From NCBI GenBank assembly GCA_965113315.1, contig OZ220368.1: 64,000 nucleotides of DNA, one strand, 5' to 3'. The DNA comes from Podarcis vaucheri (taxonomy: Eukaryota). Positions 11,697-23,139 of the stretch are shown here, one piece after another (position 1 is the first letter of the stretch; each line of letters opens with the position of its first letter). A program made the translations under genes and the position numbers. Under the pieces are notes generated by a model. It did not search any database, was not told the DNA's origin, and worked only from the letters and a program-made list of their open reading frames with translations.

Positions 11697-14600
11697 GGTA
11701 TCACCCACCAACCTCCACGACAGAGACTGCCTGTGAACTGACAGGCAGAGTCTTTGATCAGGCTCTTAAACCTTGACCAAGTTGGGCTTCCCAATTTTAT
11801 TTTTCTTTCATTCCCACCCACCACCTGCTTTCCCTGTCCTTCAGACATAATCCCTTCAGAATCAGACAGACAGGTAAGCTGCCTGGGACACAGGCATAGG
11901 AATCCTTCTGTCACTGGGGATTTTCCCGCTCTTTTTTCCTGAAGCCAATAGGATAGCAGGATCAGAATGTTCCTCATTAGGGAGTTTCTTCTGTCCCCAA
12001 AGCCCTGAAGAGGTCCAGGGGAGACCACAGCTGCTGCTACTGCTGCTGTTGTCACCTCAGGAGTTCATGAGGATTTTAAAAGGTTTTTCTTAGGGGCTGA
12101 GCCTGTAATTTTTAAATAAGGGAGCATTTCCAAAGGCATCAGCAGAGATCCTGAATTAGTGCTTCTAAATATCAACAGTTTTTAAGAATTATTACAAGAA
12201 ATAAAATTACCTCATGAATCTGAGGAGTTTTAAGTATTCCTTTAAAGGATGGCTCTGTAGCTACCACAGTAGATACAACTATAAGATTAGTTCATCCCTT
12301 CTCAAATCTCATGAAGCTTCTGCCTTAACTGATTGTGCCTCATTTATCTGTGTTTTCACTTCATGACCTAAGGAACTCCTAGAAAACGCACATTCAGTTT
12401 ATGTAACTTCATTCAGTTTATGTAACTTAACTAAGGCTTGCACTTGATGATGGATGCAAACTTATTCTGTGTTTTTTCCCTTGCCTTTATTTTAGCAATT
12501 CAGTAAATAAATGTTGAAATTTTTTTTTAGTATATATGACAAGAGGATGCTTCTTTTTCTATTATCTAATGAAAAGAAATATTTTAATTTCCTAAAATTT
12601 ATATACTACTTGATTGTAGAAAAAACCCTCAAAGTAGTTTGCAAAAAAAGCTAAAACAATAAAATTATCACTAAAAATTACTATAGAATTTACTAAAACA
12701 AATTAGAACTCATTAAGATTTTCTAAACGTCTGGGTAAGCCTCTAACCCTTCCAATAGTCTCTTTTTTTAAAAGCAGCTCAAATGTAAGGAGCGCAAGGG
12801 AGCACAGGTGCTACAGGGATGGCAATATCCCATCCACAGAAGTCTGAAAATTTCTTACCTTACTAGAGAAGGTTATGCCACAAATAATTGGCTGATTTCA
12901 AGGCATTCAGGAAAGTCATTGTCCGCACTTGTTGGTAAACTTGTTTTTCCTTGGATCTCAAACTACTGAGTAGGTATCTCTCTTAACTTAAGATTTAGGT
13001 TGTGAACCTCCCCAGAGAACATTCACTTTACTTTCTTAGTTTTCTTGAAAGCAAACACATGGAAAGCATCAAGACGACAGTGGAGGCTCTTCTGGCAAGG
13101 GAAATCTGTAGCTTTTGTGGATCTCATGTACATGTATACTAATAATTTTCCCCAACTTCAGAAGCTGTGCTGAGAATTCAGATGGCTTTCTTGGGGGCAA
13201 TTGCCATGAACAAAAGCCCCTTCCACCCCAGGGGGTTTTCTACCAAAGCTGATTGCCTATGTATCAACTCACCTGCATCTGCGGTTGATTCACAGCAATC
13301 TCTATTTACCTAACCATTGCAAGTGGTTTTAATTTCAACTGGAGCTCAAGAGTTTCCAAGTGACCCTACAACGTATTGTGTGGGGGTTTTTCATTAAAGG
13401 AGTGGAATATTTTTCAGGTTCCGTGCTGCTTTTTCCAAGAACAATGAAGGGCTTCACATGGGATCTTATACAACTACAATGTTATAAGAAGACAACATAA
13501 CTAACCTCTATACCATTTCGTTTACTTTGATTCTAAAATTCACCAGAGTGCATTTTAGATATGGGCAGTGGGCATTTCCTTCATCTGGAGGAAAGTCTGC
13601 TTGTGTCTTCAGCCACCTTCAAGATGATCGTGTATTTCTCCAGATTTTGGTAGGACTCAGGGTCGAGTGGGCTATCCTTAACTGGAGCCTATTAAACTGA
13701 TAGCTTAGAGGCTGGACAGTTGGGATACTCCAAGTGTACAGGCCCTACCCACCTGTCAAATGTGGCCCACAAGGCAGATCCTGATAAGGATTTAGCTGAT
13801 GTGGCAGAATTATTCCCCATCCCTGCTCCAGATACACCACTTCTATGAAAAGTTAGCTGCAGCAGCAGGATATGATGATAATTGAAATATCCACTAGACC
13901 AAGGACAAGTTTACAGTCGGGAATTTTTTAGCCAGGCTCCTAAGCTTTTTAACAGATGAAAAATAGTGCAATGCTTCTTGGCAACTTGATTTCGGAAAAT
14001 ATTTTGATGTGCTGAAGTCAGAAACACAATTTTTCTCAAGATACATAATATAAGTAACCCAATCCTTACATTGTAAGCATTGTGACAAACCTTACAATAA
14101 GGTACAGGGCTTATGCTAGCACTGGAGTCTACGGACAGACCCCTGAGCATATTAATAACCAAGTTGTATTCAGCTGCGATAAAATTGCATTGACTCTGCT
14201 TAGAGATTGAAAAGTCCTATGGAGAACATAATTTAAAATTGCAAACATAGAATGCACAAGTTCAGTATGCACTATTGGAATCGGGAATTCATATGTCCTT
14301 GAAGTCATAATCTTGAACTTTTTTAATATAGATGTACATTTTCAATAACAAAGATACAACGAAGAGAAACAGATGGACTAGTCCAATATATTGTCAGCAG
14401 GGATGGTCACTGACATAACAAACGTTTCTGGAAATATAAAGTTGAATATTACTAGTATTAGTTGTTTTGTTTTGTTTTTTAAACCTACACTGGAGCCCAA
14501 TAAATAATCGTAATAAAAAAGGAATCTCTCTTAAGCCCTTAAAGTTTTATTTCTCAGGTGTCTTCATTATGCAATATGCTGAATTTTCCAGCGTCTGAAG

Positions 14601-14810
14601 TGCATGGACAAGGTCACAGTCTTTCATGGCTATATTTTGTTGAGCTTCTAATATTCACATAAGTCCTGAAAGGGGATTGGGGAATGAAAACAGAGTTTCA
14701 GAAAGAAAATGTGAGGATTCTGTACATGATAAAAGACTGTGGCATGCTGGGCCTTTGATCTGATTGCACAGGTCTCTTCTTATGCTCCGAAAAACAAGGC
14801 AGGAGAGAAG

Positions 14811-14988
14811 GGAAGGTGCCTTATACTGAGCCAGGCCATCGGTCCATCTAGCTCAGTATGGTTTCCACTGATTGGCAGGAGCTCTCCAGAGTTTCAGGCA
14901 GGAGTCTCTCCCAGCCTCCACCTGGGCATTGAATCTGGGACCTTCTGCATGCAAAACAGATGCTCTGCCGCTGAGCTACAAGCCCTTC
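14811..14988 (-). mobile_element. Squam3-like tRNA SINE
   Basis: Reverse complement of the same head and body seen at 7410 and 15287. Confidence 0.75.
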
Positions 14989-15286
14989 ACACGACTCGCC
15001 CTAGCCCACGATTTCAGCGGTTGGCTGTCCTGCTTTTGCATAGACACTGAACCCTTGGAATCAAACCCACATACAAGATGTGACCATGCTGTATTTACAA
15101 ACCATTTCGGCATTATATAAATTAATAGACAATCAAGTTTGGCCATTGTGGCAATCAGAATATTGGATTTTATGCAGCAGGAGTGGTCTTACGTTCTCTG
15201 CTTAAGAGTGGTGGTGAATCTCTCAGAGCAAGTTAGATACTTAAGATTATCACATAAGTTAGGCGAAATGGGGGCTTTTGCTTTGG

Positions 15287-15700
15287 GGAAGGGCCATAGC
15301 TCAGTGTTAGAACATCTGCTTTGCATGTCCCGGGTTCAATCCCTGGTATCTCTAGGTATGCCTGGGAAAGAGTCCCTGCCTGAAAGCCTCTGCCGGTCAG
15401 TGTAGACAATACAGTGGTACCTTGGGTAACATACGCTTCAGGTTATATACGCTTCTGGTTACAGACTCCGCTAACCCAGAAATATAATCTTGGGTTAAGA
15501 ACTTTGCTTCAGGGTGAGAACAGAAATTGTGCTCTAGCGGCACGGCAGCAGCAGCAGCAGCAAGAGGCCCCATTAGCTAAAGTGGTGCTTCAGGTTAAGA
15601 ACAGTTTCAGGTGAAGAACGGACCTCCGGAATGAATTAAGTACTTAACCTGAGGGACCACTGTACTGAGCTATGGTCTGACTCAGGCTAAGACAGCTTCC
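15287..15700 (+). mobile_element. Squam3-like tRNA SINE interrupted by a mariner MITE
   Basis: gggccatagctcagtg...ggttcaatccctgg...gtgtagacaata[MITE]ctgagcta...tggtctgactcag...cagcttcct. Confidence 0.75.
15412..15662. mobile_element. Tc1/mariner-pogo (Tigger-like) MITE
   Basis: TIR CAGTGGTACC/GGGACCACTG with TA TSD; inverted near-copy of 29579-29820. Confidence 0.85.
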
Positions 15701-15820
15701 TTTCCCCCTCCCCTATATTACAAGTTGTTCTTTGAACACAGTACATTTACTGTTTAGATTTCCATAGCAAATGCTACATTTCTACATCTCTCACTTGAAC
15801 CTACTGAAAACAGGAGGGAT

Positions 15821-15821
<1 letters not shown>

Positions 15822-15861
<40 letters not shown>
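15822..15861. repeat. (GT)20 microsatellite
   Basis: Read directly. Confidence 0.95.
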
Positions 15862-15863
<2 letters not shown>

Positions 15864-18800
15864 TTGCTTGTTTCTTTTGCCTTTAGCAAAAGTACATCAC
15901 ATGCAGTTTGAATTACGTTTCCAATGATATTTTGTAAGCTAATGGTTTTTTTGGCTGACCTGCTGACTTGAATACAAACGCTCCAAATGTTGGCTGTGCA
16001 GATTTGATAGAAGAGCTCGTGCCTTCAGAGCAACACTTTAATTTAAACCAGAAATATATGTATTTAACTTTGCTAACATGCACTCCTTAAGCAACATGCT
16101 CAAAGTTGATCTGGTAACAGAGTTTATCTGTAGGAGGGGCTGGAACAGGAGGGATCTCTTCCCCCATGGGGACAATTGGGAGAAATATTGTTGGTGTGGT
16201 TTGCAAGTGCAGCTGTTGCAAGAGAGAATTGTTAAGGGGCGGGGTGGGGGTTGTGATGGCGATTCCTGTTGAGACACTGTGGGAGGACTTTAGGGGTGGT
16301 TTTGTGTGTGTGTTTAAACCACAGTGTACAGAATAGTTAGTGCTGACATATGGTAATGTATATACTAAACAGAGGGGAACTCTGCTAGAGAAACACGGGG
16401 AAGGGTCAAGGGAAAGAAGCTGGGGAGGAATCAGATTGCCTTGAGATTGAACAGTTTTTATGTGGGGTATTGTTTTGGAAAGGGAAAGGATTTAATGAGC
16501 TTAGGTGGGAGGTTTGGTAGCGAAACAGGCAGGAGAGAGGAGGAAGGCCAGTTGGTTCTAGATTTTGGTCTCTAATCTAACAATATGCTGCAAAATGATT
16601 TTCAGGGCGGCTGCTGAACCTCTATCACAGGGATGGGGAAACCTCAAGCCTGTGGAATGACCCACCAAGTTTTCACCAAGTGGAAATAAGCATCATTTTG
16701 TTGTAGAAAAACAAATTGGCTGTACAGATCTGCCTGTCTCCCTTCCAAGTGATAAAGCAGATTGTCAGAATCCAAACACAAAACTAAGCTCTAACAAGAG
16801 TATCATTTCACATACACACCCAAAAACCCATGACTTCAGCCTTCTTTCAAAGGCAGCATTCCTTACCTGCCCTTTACCAATCAATGATTATCAACAACAT
16901 GAATGACATGTGTGGATATTTGGCAGGCTAAAGAACAAAGCAAGTTAATACTCAAAAGTAGAGAGCTAAACGTCTTCTAGTTATGATTGTGGGACATAAA
17001 AGTTATACACACACTTGGCCACTGTTATGTAACACTCCTCTGCACTAAATTGCCCTCCAAAATATAACATGCCAACTAGCTAACATACAGTGCATGCTTT
17101 AGTACAAAGTTAAACAAACAATGCAATTATTACTTTTGTTTCACTGAGATTTTTATTTATTAAACAAAATCTTTAAAGTAGATTACCATCATACATTGCA
17201 AAATAACATTCTACTGGTAATTCCCAAAATGCTTTCACCTGAATGCTTGGGAGTACACACAATTTCACTTGAGCTGGGAGCCACTGAACAGGAGAAATGA
17301 GCAGCTGCCATAGACCCATTGGCCATGGATTTTAAAATCCAAACAGCAGCATGGGCAACCACTCATTTAATACAGTTATAGACTGCTTTAGATGTATTTT
17401 AAAATCTGTAAGTAGTTTACTTAAAACTATGGACCAGACCACTTATAAGCAGCAACTCCCCACAGTTCCACCAACATATAATTTACAAGGTCCTTAACAA
17501 CTTGAGTCCAGGATACTTCAAGGGGCCACCTGATCACTGAAGTCTTCAAGGGATCACCGATGGTAGTCCTGCATGGCTCAGATCCACTAGGAATTGTGTT
17601 CAGCATTCTTGGCCCAATATTGTGGAATTCCCTTTCAGTTGATGTCAGACAGACTCTCTTAGTCTTGAACTCCTGACTCTTACTGAAGACTTTATTCCAA
17701 CAGGCTATTTAATTCTGATTTTATGTAGTTTTAACTTGGCATTAGTCTTATTGTATTGGGTCTCCTGTTCACCATGTGGACAATGACGGTAATTATTTTA
17801 TTCCAACAACTTGCATAATGCTTAAACGTTTTATAGTGTGTGCAGACAAGGTTTAAGTCACTGGAACCACAAAAAGGAGCCTCATTTATTTCTGAGCATT
17901 CCTGAGGGCCACATTCCTTTCTCGGGAACTTTCCAGGGGTCATGTGCCAAAGGTGAGCAGAGCAAGGAATATTCATTTTACCAGTACGTAGGCTGGTTTC
18001 TACACGAACTCCCACACGCCCCTCTATCCAGGCAACAAGAGGTATTATCAAATTTCAAGGACAGGTTAAAACACTGAAGAGAAATATGAATCAGAACCAA
18101 TAGAAGCTATGGCTGGAGAGAGTCCTGACAGCCAGACAGAGCTCTGCATTTGGCCCTTACATCTGGTGTTCCCCACCCCTTGCACAGTAGGGTTCCACTC
18201 AAATCAGTATGTATGTACACACACATAGCTCAGGATGAGTCTCTGAAGAGTTTTCCAGGAGTATACACTCCTACCACCAAATACATTTTGCTGATTAACA
18301 CTCCACTGTCGTGCTACACCATCTTTCCCCTTCATCTACCCTCCCATGGAGCCACCTAAGGCAGGTTGCTCAAAAGCAAGACTAGCCCTGGCACTTCCTC
18401 CTTTTCTGAAAGTATGCCTCTGGCCTTCCCTTTGCATAGAGTTAAAGGACCAAAAGTGAAGACAGGAACAAAAGAGTGACTAAGGCAGTGTGATGGCACT
18501 GAGACCTACTCTGTAAACCTTTCTTCTGTTCTAAAGCTAGCTGGAAACACTAACTGCAGGATTCTGGCATGTCTCTGCTTCACATGGAGGAAAGCAAGCC
18601 TGCAAAAGGATGCTTTTTGTTTTGCACCAAACTATCATTTTCACACAAGCTCTAAAGTACTTTTGCAACTTTTAAGAATGTTTGCTTTTTGGTAAGGCAT
18701 GGAATGAATATTGGTGTATTATTTTATTTTTAAAAAAATACAAGGCAGGGGATATTTGGGAAGGGCTAGGCCTACAGGTCGATAAATGGTTGCATCCAGC

Positions 18801-21800
18801 TAAGACATCCCATTAGCACAAGGACTTCCATCTGAACAAAAGGACTTCTTCCAACTCCTTTCCCTGTTTATCCCCCCAACGATCTGCTACAGAGAAGGGA
18901 GGGGAAAACCCAGAACAGATTGTGGGGCACAAGTCCTTGCACTAACCTGACAACTTTGCTAGATCAAACTCTGTGTTCAATTTGATATTAGTAATGCAGA
19001 TTGCAAGAGAGGTGGGTAAAAGAACCTACTGCAACTGCTCTCAGGGCCTTACGTCAGCCTTCACCAAAAGGGTTGTGATGAACCTATGGACCACCCTCCT
19101 CCTAATCTCTGGTTCAAGTCCCCTAAGACATCTTTACCAGGGAGTTTGGCTCTGCCTGTCATTTAAGCTGCCAAGAAGTTCGTGTATACAAGCTCCCTCA
19201 ACCCAACTTCCCACGCTCACATTGTTTCATTCTGGCGGCTTTTGCAAATCTGGAGGTGCATAGCGTGAGAGCATTGCTAATTTACCCTATGGGAAGTTGT
19301 GTTTTTTCTCCCCTGACTACTCAGTTTGCCTAAATTATGACCAAGTGTGACATACATGTAACAGCAAGAGGGATTAGTTGATGCTGGTTGGCCAGGAACC
19401 AGAATAATGAACTCTGAATGGAAATATATGATGAAAGTCAGACCAAATCTAACTTCTCTATGTGAAATCTGAAGTCTCAGTTGGTTACCCATGCACACTT
19501 CATTGCACGACTATAGAGAAAGGCAGGGTAAAATAATGGTATGCAGCAACCACAGAACAATTCTAAAACATGGGATGGAATGAGAGAAATGTGCTCTTAA
19601 GACCAGGTTCTAAATCAATATTTGCTTGCAAGGTTACTTACAAGCCATTATAGCATCTGTAATTATTAGAACCAGATCTATTGGACTAAAACTGCAAATC
19701 ATTTTCTAGGAATGGGTGGTCTCTGGGTACCATTACAAACATACTTTCTTACAAAACTTGCTAAAGCAGTGTGATAGCATCTAATAGTTTGAAAAACACT
19801 TGTTACGCATGCTTCTAACAACTAATCATTTCCTCTTTTTTTTTAAGGAATAAATGTAGGCATTTTCCAGCATTTTTGTTCCTGCACATGAGCCCTGTTG
19901 AAGCTGTACTCTCAAAAGTCAGATTATACTCTGACAACTACATGCAAAGGCTGCTTATTCCACTCAATTATGGGATCATGAGTATCAGACAGGGCTCAAA
20001 CTTAAAAAAGGAATCATGCTGAAAGACAACAAACCTATGTATTTCAGAATATATGAAGATATTTAGGTATCACAGTATTTACCTTTGCACTGTTTTTAAA
20101 GTTTTTTTCATGTTTTATTGCTTAAAAATTGTACAGATGTTTTATAAAATTGTGGCATATGTTTTCATTTTTTAAAAAAAGGTTTGAGGACTGGGAGTCT
20201 CAAAGTACCTGGAAGTACAGTCTCCATGATGTACTCAGTTTCTTTTTAAAGAACCACTAAGCAGGAAGAAGTCAAATCCAAGATGGCTACCTAACATGGA
20301 TGGGTTTTAGTTGCATCAGAGGGAAGTGGCAAGCCATTGCTCTGCCAGATTTCAGGTGACTTTCTTCTTCCATTGCAGCCTTGTATGACACAACCCACAT
20401 TGTCCAGAGGGCTGGGAGGATCCTGAATAAGCTTTTTGGTGATGCATGAGATTCAGAGAGAACAGAAAGAGGAAGGTTGGCTGCCCAAGCTGCCCTTGGC
20501 TCAGACAACCACTGGATGCCATTCAACATTTGTGAAAATTCAACAAGTACAACCAATACACACAAAGGAAGTCTCAAAAATAGTGTGTGTCCAAGCTTCA
20601 CAGTTGCAAATTTTATACTGAAACTTACTCTCCCTGGAAGTAGTTTTAGCACAGCTATTGTTTTACGTACGGCGCCATTACACACTTACGATCTGAGGAA
20701 TGAAGCATCTGCTGCATGACTTGAAGTTGGCTCCAACTGCTCAGATGTTGCAAGCCGCTCGAGCCAAGGACTACCTTTGCTTTGAAACATCTGCACACAA
20801 AGTGTCCTAAATATGAGAACTTACCACCAGTGAAGGTTGCTTTGAAAGTGCTCCAGGAGGTTGTAGTAGTATGCAGTATAGCTCCTGCTGTAGAAGCTGA
20901 AGCAATTCTTCCCTTAGCACTACCACTGATCCAGCACAAGAAACTGAATCCTCACCAAGAGGCAGGGAAGAGAGCAAGCCACTCTGGCTTGCTGCAATTT
21001 CCAGCAGCTTCTTCTAGTCACTGAAGAACTGACATGAGCACATATATGGCTGTGCTCTCCCACTTTCACATGCTAAAACAAAGGTAAGAGCTGTTTCAGA
21101 AGTGCTCCAAAATTCAAACTTTGAAATCTGCAGATCTGAAATGCTCATAACCATGGTGGAAAAGACCCATCTCCAAATTCAGTTCAGTAATATAACACTG
21201 CAATGCGTAGAAATTTACACTGAAAATGTAAATCTGCTATGGAGGGTTCTCAACCTTCTGGAGCAGATATATGGCGCTTAGGCAGGAGGAATTGCTGGGG
21301 GGGGGGGAGAATTCCTCCATGATTCGCTTATGGAAGACTTAGCTGTCAATGTACTGACATCCTCATAATTGTGAAGCAAGAAGCACAAGTGGTTTTAGAT
21401 GGTTCGTGCATGGTTAGGAGGAGACATCTTAGGAGAGGCTTTTCCTCTTCAGTGATGCCAAGGGTCCTAAAAGAATGAAGCCCTAGGTAGTATCTAGCTT
21501 GTCTATTGGCAAACATGGCTCAGTGTACCACAGGCACTGACACTTCCACCTGTCATCTTTAGGTTTTGGAAAACCAAAAATGTACAATTTGCCACAGCAA
21601 ATATACACAGCACCAAGACAAGAGTGATTGGAGGCTACTAGTTTCAGTCACATTGTTCACATAAACAAGTGTATATATCTCCCCCTTGACTAGATCAGGG
21701 TGGTTGTATTTAAATACGATGCATGTAAGCCTCTAATCTTTCACAGTAAGAAGAGACATGGATGTACGTACATGTACCTATATGCATGAAACTGTACCAA

Positions 21801-21895
21801 AGTTCAAGCTTTTGCACTTGGGCTGTTTAAAGACTGCCCTGGCCTTTTTAACATAGTACACAAGACATTGTGGAAATTGTGTAGCATGAAATATA

Positions 21896-22260
21896 AAGGT
21901 AAAGGTAAAGGTACCCCTGCCCGAACGGGCCAGTCTTGACAGACTCTGGGGTTTGTGCGCCCATCTCACATCTATAGGCCGGGGGCCAGCGCTGTCCGGA
22001 GACACTTCCGGGTCACGTGGCCAGCGTGACAAAGCTGCATCTGGCGAGCCAGCGCAGCACACGGAACGCCGTTTACCTTCCCGCTGGTAAGCAGTACCTA
22101 TTTATCTACTTGCACCCGGGGGTGCTTTCGAACTGCTAGGTTGGCAGGCGCTGGGACCGAACGACGGGAGCGCACCCCGCCGCGGGGATTCGAACTGCCG
22201 ACCTTTCGATCGGCAAGCCCTAGGCGCTGAGGCTTTAACCCACAGCGCCACCCGCGTCCC
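21896..22260 (-). mobile_element. Full-length Sauria SINE, young
   Basis: Head GGGACGCGGGTGGCGCTGTGGG, B-box GTTCGAATCC, (ACCTTT)n tail, perfect 14-bp TSD TAGCATGAAATATA (21882-21895, 22261-22274), CpGs retained. Confidence 0.92.
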
Positions 22261-22586
22261 TAGCATGAAATATATTTTGTAAGAATCCAAACCAACAGGG
22301 TGAAATGAACAAAACATATTAAAGTAGCCACAGTTTGCTGTTCTCTAGGTTATAAAGGGTATCATTGACATTTCAATACCATTTATAGTTAAGTAACTTC
22401 ATGTCGGATGTCACATCTACCAGTTCAGAGAAGGCTGCCAATTCATTAAATATTTATGTACTTAGAGCACTTACTGTGTCTTTCCTTACAAGTTCAACTA
22501 ATAGAATCAGGCTGTCCATTGTAAAATACTCGAGATTATACCATTAACGCAATAATATGTTTGCTAGTCATGCTACAACAGAAGGT

Positions 22587-22592
22587 TTTATT
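22587..22592 (-). terminator. Candidate LHX8 poly(A) signal AATAAA (an ATTAAA also lies at 22689-22694)
   Basis: First canonical hexamer downstream of the stop codon, ~470 nt away. Confidence 0.5.
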
Positions 22593-23062
22593 TAGGTCAT
22601 TTAGAGAATTCTGGCAACTGAACTTTTGCCAGCTCATGGACATAATCTTCAAAGTATAGGCTGCATGTAACTCAAATACAAGTAATACTTTAATAGCAAT
22701 AACTTACAGATACAAACTAATGATGAACTACAATTTCACAAAGAATTGTAAACATTTTGCACAACTGTCAGTCCTGTCTTTTAGCAAAGTGCTCTTTTGA
22801 TGATAAATAAATTAAACAAACACAGCTAGAATGGACTACTTCCAGACAATACAAAAAAAAAGGTGTTTCTCTTTAATAAGTCTTGTAAACATATTTATGG
22901 AGAAAGCCATAAAAGTGTCTTGCAGGCCAACTATACTTACATACCTGGGCAACAAAATCGTCTTCAAAATGCTTTGGATGTCATTTAAAGTTTAAACTGA
23001 ATACAAGTACAGTGGGTATCTCAGGGGTACCTCTTTAGTCTCATGTCCCTGAAATAAATGAG

Positions 23063-23139
23063 TTAACTGTGACTTATCGGCAGTTGTGTCATTGAATGGG
23101 GTAGCAAAGGCTGGAGTCCAAGAGCAGAAGGTGAATGAG
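23063..23139 (-). CDS. LHX8: LHX8 coding exon 9 ((A)[24 protein letters not shown])
   Basis: tttctatttttgtAG acceptor, TAA at 23065-23063. Confidence 0.94.

Noticed and set aside
12391-12428. Perfect 19-bp tandem duplication (similar short ones near 54138 and 55197)
   Set aside because: Ordinary slippage duplications with no functional context.
20287-21073. ORF cluster and an apparent acceptor/donor pair on the - strand
   Set aside because: All three frames after the candidate acceptor hit stops, and no protein family is recognisable.
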